Both the position numbers and the translations under genes were made by a program. From Trichosphaerium sp. ATCC 40318 (Eukaryota; Protista; Tubulinea), in NCBI GenBank assembly GCA_038496445.1, contig JALMLS010000455.1, forward strand, positions 940,825 to 1,004,824: a DNA stretch of 64,000 bases, given 5' to 3'. The first letter of the stretch is position 1. Each line of letters begins with the position of its first letter. This document shows positions 38,250 to 49,280 of this stretch, one piece after another. The notes under the pieces were generated by a model that was given only the letters and a program-made list of their open reading frames with translations, was not told the DNA's origin and ran no database searches.

Positions 38250-40590
38250 AATGGACGTTGTGGTTTTGATCCAGCAGAATTGTTGAGGTTTGTTTTTTTT
38301 TAATCACTTCATTCCACGTGTTGTTACATAAACAGATGCCATACTAACCAATTTTGGTACAGTACTATAACCGAAATTCTTTGCAATTTCTTTACCGTAT
38401 ATTCTTGCTTGTTCATCATGTGACCACTGTAGGCATATTACTTTATCAGCGAAATCAGCCATCAAGTTTCTATTGAGATCTAGAAGATCGAGCCATCAGA
38501 TAAACGATAAATTTCAAAAAAAAAAAAGTCAAACAGAGCTCTTCTTTTGGTATGTTCTTCAAAACTCTTTGTACGAGTCAAATTGCATAAGAAGGTAAGG
38601 GTTTGATACCAATAAGAAAAGGAATATTCCGTTTAATTGTTTTGTGATCGCGCCATAGTCTTACGCAGGCAAATTCAAAAAAAAAATGATGTTTTTACAA
38701 TAAAAGTGGCTTTGAGGATGTACCTAGATGAGTCAAGTTTGCAAGACAGAAGCATCCAAATCGATGTACAAGTACATTAGAAGATTCCGCTAGTTTGAAC
38801 CAATTTGTGAATATTTGCCACAAGAATCCTTGACTCCTCTCATAGTCACTTTTTACAAAAGACGTAAGCAAACCAAAACTTTAAGAAAGATAGCAAAGAC
38901 AGTACCGGACTTTTTGTGGTGTAAAGGTTTCCATAAATTTTAATATAGACTCTTGTATATTTGCCTTATATTTTTCGGCATCAGGGAGGGTCATCATGTC
39001 AGCTAAGTGTTAAAAGATAAGTATGCGAGCAACATCAATATTCTTGGTTTTTTCTGAAAAGTCATTTATTTTCACGTGTATTGCGTGCAATACGTATTAA
39101 ATTCCTTGTGATTAAAAATAGCGTACTATCATTGAGGAAAGATGATAAAATTATACATGAAAGATATCTAAGCATCAGTTTATCTGCTTCTGACTTGGAT
39201 TGAAAAGAATTAAATAGTTCTTGGTCTAATGGTCTGCTGTATTCAAGCACTCGTGGAATGAAATTGAGAGCAAGCATACGGGCTCTTGCTTTGCCTTTAA
39301 TTATTGTCAGTGTATAAAATACTGTAAGGGATACTCACCACTAAACGAGCAGCATTGAAGGCATCCAACAGCGCTATAAAATGTATCGAATGTTGCTGTG
39401 CTAGGTTTTTCTACTATTCCGTTTACAAACGCCACTAGATTATCAACAACACCCTCATCAACAGCCATGGATTGTATATCGTCTATAAGAAGAGATTAAT
39501 TATATAAAACAGCTACATCAAAGCAAGCTACAACACAAGCGTATAAACAAAAATAAAAGTTTAAAGTAATTTCAAAAAAAAAATTACACTCCTCTTTTGC
39601 TACACTTGACAACAACTTTTCACAGCATGCTACATGTAGCATATCAATAGACAATACAAAGAATAAATTTCATACTGTTAGCGCTCAAAACAATGTTCCA
39701 TTAACGAAGAATTGTTGAAACTTGGATTTTTGATTGGCTTTGAGTAGAAATAAATAAAAGTCACGTGGTTTTTTGCATTGGTAGAACAGCGTAGTACGTA
39801 CCGTATTCTAAGAAACCCCATAATACACCAACAGCTATTTGACAAAACTCTGGTCTATCTATCTTTTTAAGAAATCCCATAAAGAGTGGTAGAGCACCCA
39901 AATCGTAAAGGATTTTCGTCATTTCGTCTATTTTTGGGTTAAAGGCGAGCAAAGGGCACCATTTAATCGTAACGGGTTAAAAACCGCGTACTTGTCTCTG
40001 CAAAACTCCATAGAACCGATCCTGCGAGGATTTGCAGCCAAGGTTTATTTTCGTTCTTCAAGTGCTCTACTAATACCTCTACGCCTCCTTTCTTGTGAAA
40101 GTAAAGCTTATCAACGCCTATTAAGGGTAAATAACAATATATTGTTTAAATAAGCTGAATTACGCGTTTGTGCTAGTGCCCATGGTCCAAATAGAGCAGA
40201 TACAGATTCTATTGCGTCTATATGATCCTCATCGGTTTCAGCCGCTTTTAAATCATTCACAACCTCTTCAATATCATCGCATTGGGCGTAAACTTCTTTT
40301 TTATGTATTAACTCAAGTGCATTATCAGGTACAGCATAAGCCATTTGGTTTTTGGAGCTTTCTGTTTCAAAGTAAACCGTTATGTGAACGATAGTGCCTG
40401 GTGTTGTAGTTTCACTTTCATGGTAAGTACACAACGAGGTTTTATTGTCCTTTACTTTCATTTGTGGGCTATGCTTGCTTTCTGAGGAGTAAAATGTTTA
40501 AATATTTAACACCATTTAATTGCAAACAAAAAAACCTTGTGTAACTGTTTGATTACCCAAGATATTCAAGGCATACTATAAAGAAGTACC
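38250..40590 (-). CDS. Armadillo/HEAT-like helical repeat protein, multi-exon; ends approximate
   Basis: Exons such as ILYDLGALPLFMGFLKK...CQIAVGVLWGF and IQSMAVDEGVVDNLV resemble ARM repeats; GT-AG bounded. Confidence 0.5.
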
Positions 40591-41376
40591 TAACACATTG
40601 CAAACTGCGGCGAAAGGCGAAATAAACTTGGTATTCCGAAATAAGCAGTTCCCATAACACAAACATGATGAAAAATGATTGAGAGCACGTGCCAACAAAA
40701 GAAACATTGGGGCATTGAGGTTAGGAATGTACGTCTCCAAGATCATTCAGGAAATCAACATGTGCATACTTACAGAAGACAATTAATTTTGAAGGAGTAG
40801 AACAACGTAAGCTGATATTTGCTACAAAGTAAATTTATTTAAAAACTCCAAACTGAAACCTATTTTCAAACTCGAGCGAACAATCGCTTTCAAAATAAAT
40901 CCCCTATATGTGGGTTCACTAATTTAGCACAGTACCGGGCGGTAAACCGTTTTTGTTCTCGCACAGAACCGTCAACATTAGTAAACAAATCACGTGATTA
41001 TACAATAGCAAACACTGTCTGTTGGTTTGAGGTCTTATTCAGGTACGCTAGAATTTTGAAACGCGAATCTAGTCTTGGGTTCGCCTTCGCTTCTTGTTAA
41101 GAGTGGGCAATACAAACTCTATCCTGACGCTCTGTAGGGTTTTTGGCTTATATCCTCACGTAACCAACTTGACGCTTTTACATTTGTACGAGCATTTTAC
41201 TAGTACAAGTAATTTATCTATCGTTGAAAACACTTTTTGGTTTTTTTGTAAACTTTCACGTGCATAAATTTTAGCCAATTTTTTTTTTGTTTTCATTTTT
41301 GATTAGCTTATTTTTTTTAGCGAATAAAAAAGCACAGCCAGTTGGGGTTTGTGTTGTTTACAGTTGATCATAAACA

Positions 41377-44300
41377 ATGGACAAAAGTAAATCCGCTCAA
41401 GGCGATTTTTTAGTTTTTAGTAAGCGTCTTATTGTTTTTTTTGAAGTTGTTATCAATAATCCTTATGTAGGTAAAATATTAATTCTGGACAAGGGTTGTT
41501 TTTACAAAGGGACTTTAAAAAATGGTATCCGACATGGTAAAGGCGAACAGACATGGTACTGTGATAACGATGTTAGTGGTAAGAGAGTGTTTTTTGTGAT
41601 GATTACCAAAAATACATAGGCTATGAAAATGGTAGCAAATACATTGGTGACTTTGTGGATGACAAGAAAACAGGAAAAGGAGAGTATTATTGGCCAAATG
41701 GTAACAAATACATCGGTGACTTTGTGGATGATAAGATAGCAGGAAAAGGAGAGTATTATTGGCCAGATGGTACCAAATATATTGGTGACTTTGTGGATTA
41801 CAAGAGAACAGGAAAAGGAGAGTATTATTGGCCAGATGGTTACAAATACATTGGCGACTTTGTGGATGACAAGAGAACAGGAAAAGGAGAGTATTATTGG
41901 CCAAATGGTACCAAATACATTGGCGACTTTGTGGATGACAAGTTTACAGGAAAAGGAGAGCTTTATTATTATTGGCCAGGTGGTAGAAAATACATTGGTG
42001 ACTTTGTGGATGACAAGTTAACAGGAAAAGGAGAGCTTTATTGGCCAGATGGTAGAAAATACATTGGTGACTTTGTGGATGACAAGAGAACAGGAAAAGG
42101 AGAGTTTTATTGGCCAGATGGTAAAAAATACATTGGTGACTTTGTGGATGGCAAGAGAACAGGAAAAGGAGAGTTTTATTGGCCAAATGGTAGCAAATAC
42201 ATCGGTGACTTTGTGGATGGCAACAGAACAGGAAAAGGAGAGCATTATTCACCAAGTGGTAGCAAATACATTGGTGACTTTGTGGATGGCAAGTTTCTTA
42301 ATCCGGCAGATACCAAGATTTCTGGAGAACCCAATCAACACGCCTTTTTCAAAATACCAATAATTTATACCAAAAGTACATCCACAGACATTAAAGATGT
42401 GTATGTATTTTTAAAAGATATGAAATATTTCAAGAAGCTGAATGACTGGTTTATAACTCCCACGTTTATTACTTTACCAAATGACACTTTCAAAATATCA
42501 TGTCAAAAATCCTTAATTTTTGAGATCCTTTCAAAAGAGACATTCACTCGAGTTGTTGAACGAATAAGACAACACACAGATGAACACAATTGTGTCTGCG
42601 ATGTGGTATTTGTTTATGATCTTTGTTTACATGACCCTGAGATATCATTACATCAAGGTACACACCAACAGTATTCTCATATTTAACTGTGCACTCACAT
42701 TAATACCTTAGTTACAACTGTAGCACGTGAGATTCCAGGGGCACGTGTGATACCAATTAAGATAAATGACATTACAAAAGAACAATTTCAAGGTGAATAT
42801 TACAGATCGTTGTCCCCTCAAAAAAAGCCATCAACTATTGCTTCTGGTATGGATCACACAGAATATGAATACATGAAGCAACTGAAAGCAAAATTGTTGG
42901 TTGTGGGTCATGGAGGATCAGGTATCCTCAAGCAATATGAGTTTCTTTACATTAACGTAAATACTAGGAAAGACAACTTTAGTAAAGATGTTGTCAGGTG
43001 AGAAAGATGACAGTGTTGATTCAACAGTTGGCTTTGATACCTCTTCTCTATTGTGCGTTTGTTTGATATTCTATATGAGACATAACACTGACACATGTAG
43101 ATATGGTAATATATCATTCACTGTTTTAGACTTTGCTGGACAGATGGAATACAAAGGACTTCACAAGTATTTTTTCACAAAACAACTTGCCATTTACGTC
43201 ATTGTCGTACGTCTTAAGACCACGTGCACAAACATTTTCTTATCAATATTTATTTTTAGATTGACTTATCACTATCAATTGTGGAACAAAAGAAGCACTT
43301 GACACACTGGGTTCATACCCTTAGTAAGTTTTTGCGTGGCCAAGATGGAACATTCTACTCAGTGATAGTATATGGATCCAAGTTGGATATTCATTCAGGA
43401 GACTTAGAAGACAATAAAAAAGCACTATACTCCTTCAATGGGATGAAATCGCCAGTGTACCTTGTGTTTTGCTTAGATGGTACTCATTTTATTTTAAACT
43501 AAGCAAGTTTCCTAATGTTGTTTCAAAAGGTATCTCTGATCTTGAGAAGCAATTGAAGCGTCAGGCAAAATACATGAAGTCACAATACCCAAAAGTACCA
43601 ACTCTTTATGACGAAGTACAAACAGCATTAAAGAAAGCAGTTGTGAAAAAGGATAAATTGAAGGGTAACATCTTATCATTGTACGTTGAAGTATCATACA
43701 TAAACACTGACGAATAACATTTTCATAGTGAACAAGTCATTAAACTATTACCTAAGACATGTAAAATGGCTCCAATTGAGTTGGTTGCTTCGTTAAATTA
43801 CCTTCACTCTATTGGTAGCATTATGTTTGATGAGGTACTGCTGCTTACCTAAAACCTTTTCTTTGTGCTTGAATTTGATTTAATTATCCTCTAGTCATCA
43901 CACATGTTGTGTTTAGACCCTCCCATTCTATCTCATATTATGAGTGTCTTTGTTGCTCCTACAGAACACCTAAACAGACTATTGAATGACAAGTCTAGAA
44001 ATCACTGTGCTGTATTCACAGATGCAGAGGCCCATTATCGCATCTCAAAGGTATTCAAACAGTGTACAATGGTTGAAGTGAAGCAAGTGATGAGATTCTT
44101 GGTTAAATTGTCATTTTGTGTTCGCTTGACAAAAGAAGAAAAGGTAACACTTTGTAACATATTTTTTTTATTGGTACATTATTTACTTACTGTGGTTAGA
44201 AAGTGTACGGCTCAGATGGATATGTCATAATTTCATTATTGCCAAAAGCTGATATGTTGTACTTTCCACCTGTGACAGAAAAGGAGTCCAGTATCAATCT

Positions 44301-46874
44301 AGTTAAAGAAGGAAAGGAGAAATTATCCATATTTTCTGAAGTGTTTTACTTGAGCAAGTTGCAAACAGAGTGGAGGTTACTATCATTCATACTTAAAAAA
44401 GATGATAGTTTTGAGACCAAGACGATTAAAACAATCAAAAAAACTTCTAATAGTCAAAAAATAGTACGTTTAGTCACGTGTTCTCTTTGGTTTTTTTTCT
44501 CAATTTTTTCTTTGCTTTCTTGTTTATTGTTATTGTTGCTAAACAACCTTTAGTCACTTCCCGACAAATATGAGCACATATCAGCCGTTTCAAAGTTCTT
44601 GGCTTATCAATTTACTTCTCCAGAAATGTCAATAGATGTGTTTAATAACTTGCAAACAAGATTAAGAGGAAAGCACCGAAATAATGTTATTTATGCTTAC
44701 AAAATATCTAGAGTTCCACAACAAAGAGTTCCGCCTATTTTCAAATCTGATTGTATTGAATGATTTTTATGGTAACACAATTGTGCTGTACTATAATAAC
44801 CTTGCCATAAACATTGTGATCAGAGGCAAGGTGCCGTGGTTATGGAAGGTACGATAGCAAATATCATAGTTAAGTATTGTCATAATTCATATCTATGTTT
44901 AGAAATGTATTGGATCATACTTAGCATCATTGGAAGGTAAACAAGTCCAGCTATGCCCTGCAAGTATTCAAAACGGTCACATTGTTGTTGCTACAAAACC
45001 TCCATATAAGTTTGAACAAACAGGTAACCACAATGTGAATGTCAACTTTGCTTACAACAACCTGATAGGAGATATTGTCACTGCCTCTCACTTGAAAGAG
45101 GGCTTTCCTGTTCTGACAATAAGCCGAAATAGCTTTTGGAGCAGTCTTCATGGTGAACAATTTTTAACACAAGGCGATTGGAAAGAGAACAAGAAAAAGT
45201 ATCCAGGTTTGAGATGGACTTCTCTCACAAGCAACGAAACAACTAAAGTATGTGAAACACTTTTCTAACTTGGCATTCAGACTTTGTATTTCATCTTTGC
45301 TGACTGATCTAAAAAAGGAGCGTTGTGATGAGTACTTGAGAGCTCGCAATATGTTCTACAAGTTTATGGGTACTGAGAGTGAGTCGTTCTTTAAACTTGA
45401 AAAGATTGTATTCTTTGACAATCAAACACTTGAAGCTGCATTCCAAAAAAAATATGAACAGCTTGTTGCTAAAGTACTTCAATCTAAATCTTCAAGTAAG
45501 TGATTGTGAACATTTGCTAGCAATTCTTATTAATCCATCATTTAGATATTAACGATAGCAGTTTGAGTGCAGTTGATAAAAAGAAACTTGAAGCACAAGA
45601 ACGGACAATGAACCATTTGAAAAACTATATTCTCCGTGTTTCTGGTAATGAGCAAATCAATCTCATTGGTGGGTTTCATGGCACAACAGAGGTACTGTCA
45701 TCATATTAAGTATGCCACTTATACGCACACATAGGATACCAGTTTCTTAATTGCGACCAACAACTTCAGAGAGCCAACAAAGTCAAAAGACAAGAAGAAA
45801 GATGAAGGATTCTTTGGTACAACGTTTACATTACTGCTTTTTTCAATGTGCACGTGTCTAATTTACTGTATTACAAAGGGAATGGCATCTACTTTACACA
45901 ATACCCAGACTACGGTACGTGTTTATAGTCATGCGCTTGAAGTTAATAGAGCTGTTGTAGGAAAGGTGTATGCTGAGTGGAACAAGACAGATACTCCTTG
46001 TATGCTGATATCGTGGGTGATGATGGGAAAACCTTATCCAGCTACTGAGGTTCCTAACTTTGATGATCCAAACAGCCTGTATGGAAAAGGATGCAAGGTA
46101 ATCCATTGAAATTACCCATTAGGCTAACAATGTAAAAATAGGATGGATACGATTCACACTATGCCATTGTTAAAAAAAAAACAAGTGCTCGCAATTGCTA
46201 TCCTTGTAAAAAACATGAAAAACCAGACTTTGATGAAATTGTTGTATTCTCCAACAAACAAGTACTAATTCACCACAGTTATTTTAATTAACATTCTATT
46301 GTAAAAGATTCTGCCGAGATACCTTGTTTATTATCAAAGCACAAATACTATCAATCTATCACAGTTCAACATCAAGTACAGAGATGCAAAGTGTCTCATC
46401 TTATGGGTTGACGATAACTTATCCAATGAGAACAAAGAGATTGTCAAGCTATTAAAAGCTCGGCCAAAGAAAACAGAGGTACACAAACCAAATGGAATAT
46501 GTTGAAGGGGTACTAACACTCCAAAAGGTTTTGTCAATGATGTCATCCTCAGAGGTTTTGGGATGGCTTCAAAAGTTTAAAGGATATTGTAATAACAGGC
46601 TACGTATTATAACAAACAGGTACCGTAAAGGTGATGGCGATGAGAATGCAGCAGAGCACTTGGTGAAAAGTATAATTAAGCAAAATAAGAAATGGAGTAA
46701 AATACCTATTCTTGTGTTTTGTGGTACGTGTGTAACACAACAACAATCGATTGTATCGATGTTAAACATGCTCATATTTTGAATCTAGGAAACAAAGCAA
46801 AAGTCAAGTACCTCAAAAAGAAATACAAGAATGTTTCAGTCACAGATAATCCTGCAGATGTATTAGCCTTGTAA
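41377..46874 (+). CDS. Roco-ART copy 3 (complete): MORN (10 YIGDF units plus 1 leading)-linker-Roc-COR-PARP-type ART-pseudo-receiver, multi-exon
   Basis: MORN ~41500-42297; Roc KLLVVGHGGSG/KTT, STVGFD, LDFAGQ, GSKLD; COR YLHSIG, LDPPIL, ISLLP, FNNLQTRL, IVIRG; ART H(45677) Y(45890) E(46235); REC-like 46395-46874. Confidence 0.9.
41628..42297 (+). repeat. 69-bp tandem MORN-coding repeats (10 units; one with a 6-nt insertion)
   Basis: Recurrent aaatacattggtgactttgtggatgacaagagaacaggaaaaggagag units. Confidence 0.92.
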
Positions 46875-47084
46875 ACAAACCCAAGTTTAACTAAAAACAT
46901 ATCACAGATCATAGCGATTTCATTAGACTTTATACGCTACGAATCCCTTTCATTGAGTACCGACTAACTTGTCAGGGATAGAACAGGACAATGTTCACCT
47001 TTTTTCTCAATAAACCAAAGTCTTCGTTTTAGCTTGAAGATTAATTTATTTTTTTTTGTTAATTCTGTACAATCGGTTCTATTT

Positions 47085-48958
47085 CTAAACCCTGTATACC
47101 TTCATTACACGTTCTACAGGTAGCCTACACCAAGGGCATTGATCAAGCTTTGTTGCGCATCCTTGGCAAAGGCCTTGGTGACCTAAACAAACAAGGGTGT
47201 CAAAAAAAAACCATTCGCTTCAAAAAAAAGACTGGACAATAAAAAATCTCGTACCGCAGTTGAGCAAGACGCAATCCACTTTATGGACATAACATACTTT
47301 ACATAATGCGCCCCATTCATCACCATTCTCTGGTTCTGGTTCTGTACCCTTAGCATCATCCTTAAAACGAAGAACAGTCAGCATTGTAACACTTTGGCAG
47401 TTCAAATTAAAAAAAAGGTTTAACGCACTAGTTGAGGGTCAGTTGCGCCATAGTTAAGGCTCTTGACATAATCAGTAACAATACGATCCTTTTCAGTTTG
47501 TTCTTGAGGTTGAGGTTGTATAGGTTGTATGGCTGGGTTTGGCTAACACTCAGAGTTAAAATAAAAAGGAATTTTTTTTTGAAAACAAAAAAAAAAAGAG
47601 GTAACATACTGCAGCGTATATAAAACGATTACGTGCTTGTCTTCTTCTACAACGTCTTGCCAATATTATAACAAATGCAATGAAGAAAATTGGTAGTATA
47701 ATACAGAGCATGATAATGTACTACAAAATAAATAAGATGACAATCAGATGCAAAGTAGCTAAAAAAAAGGTTTTTTGTAAGAAAAAAGAGCTGCAGTGAA
47801 CTAACTCGCCCTGGTGTAGTTCAAAATTTTATTCCTAGGAATTGTTGTGCATATAACTTCTTTTTATTAGTTAATTCAGTGGGAAGCATGAAAGTAATTT
47901 TAGTGGTGAGAACAAAAAGAAAAGAGCAGAAAAAAAAATACAAAGAAATTAGACTTCAACTGATTGCGTTCCCACCGATCGTGAGTCAGTTGTTAGTTTG
48001 AAAAATCCGTTGATATGTATAGCTTATTTATAATTAAAAAAGATTCATCAAAAAGGTCTCCAGATGCAGTAATTTGTGCGCAAAAAAAAAAAAAAAAGAA
48101 AATAAAAAAATAGGAACTCACCATTTTAGGTCCAAAAAATTGGTATGAAGTGTTGCTATCACATGTGAACCATATAGTCGTCCTAGGCGTTTTCTCACCT
48201 TTAAAAAAAATACATTATAACCCATACTACTTATATGAGAAAAAAAACATAGGAACTACTTCCAACACGTGTCGTATGTGTCATAAATCACGTGCAATAG
48301 AAAAAAAAAAGTGAAAAAAAAAAACAAAAAAAAGACGGAAGAAAGTAAATCCTTTCAATCCTATTTTCTTGTTGACCGTCCAAGCGTTTCGTACCATAAA
48401 CATCATCTAAGTAGAGAGAATATGTAAAGTATGACCCATCCGTTGTTCCTGATTTACAATAAATAGCTCCAGGCCATACCAAAGGGTTCTCGCTGCTTGT
48501 CCAAGTGTACTCCTCATCTTCGCAATCTAAACGAAATGTAAGTCTAAATCAAACGCGCCTGGAACCCTTTGAGCCTTTTAGGGGGTTTTTGTAGATTTAC
48601 TTCAAAAAAAGCTCTGTTGTTGTTTTGTTTACTTACCAGCGCAGTCACTTCCGTAGTATTCTAAATGCCCTGTGATAGGATATGTAGGATCACCTGTTAT
48701 CACAATCGTTTAGTAAAAAATACGGGACGGACAAGTTGACTGAATTTCTCTAATCTCACCAGTGTACGGTATTTTAAGGTCACTTCCAGGTGAGCCTGCT
48801 GTTACGTGACTTGGGTGATCTGTAGGACCCATACTAAATCCATTCGCGCAAACTACTTAGAATTACGTGGTTAGACGATAAATTATGTTTGCTTCGCGTG
48901 ATTGTTCGTTACCTATCAATGAAAACGTAAACACGAATAAAACGCCTAATGCGCTCAT
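47085..48958 (-). CDS. Type I membrane protein with C-terminal RING finger (putative E3 ligase), multi-exon
   Basis: Signal peptide MSALGVLFVFTFSLI, Cys-containing ectodomain, TM IIMLCIILPIFFIAFVIILA followed by RRCRRR, CKVCYVHKVDCVLLNCGHQGLCQGCATKLDQCPWCR. Confidence 0.85.
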
Positions 48959-49280
48959 TTCAACCTTTTCGTGGCTGTATAGGCTCCTAGATATGTACGA
49001 AAGCTACAGTGAAGATTACTAATGTTGACCGTTGTAACGCATTTGCTGCGAGCAGATTCTGTGCTTTAACCACCACTCCAGTAATACATCGTAGGGAACA
49101 CTTAATTGGTGAGAATAACTATTGTTGCAACACAAGCCCGCGTTTTTGCTTTATTCTTCTCTTTACTTCGTTTGTAAAGCGTAATTGATACAAACAGAGG
49201 TTGTTTTAACAAATTCAAGGTTTCTTTATCTCGGACGTATCTACAATAACACTACACGCTACAAAACATAGTCACACAAA

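Noticed and set aside
41401-41446. Possible GC-AG first intron in the Roco-ART gene
   Set aside because: The region also reads through in frame in copies 2 and 3; cannot be decided without cDNA.
41628-42297. Regular direct repeats resembling a CRISPR array
   Set aside because: In-frame 69-bp coding repeats with no unique spacers; eukaryotic context, no cas genes.
41515-42363. Repetitive alternative-frame ORFs (ANNTLLFLFSCHPQSH, TLVTLWMTREQEKES)
   Set aside because: Other reading frames of the MORN repeat.
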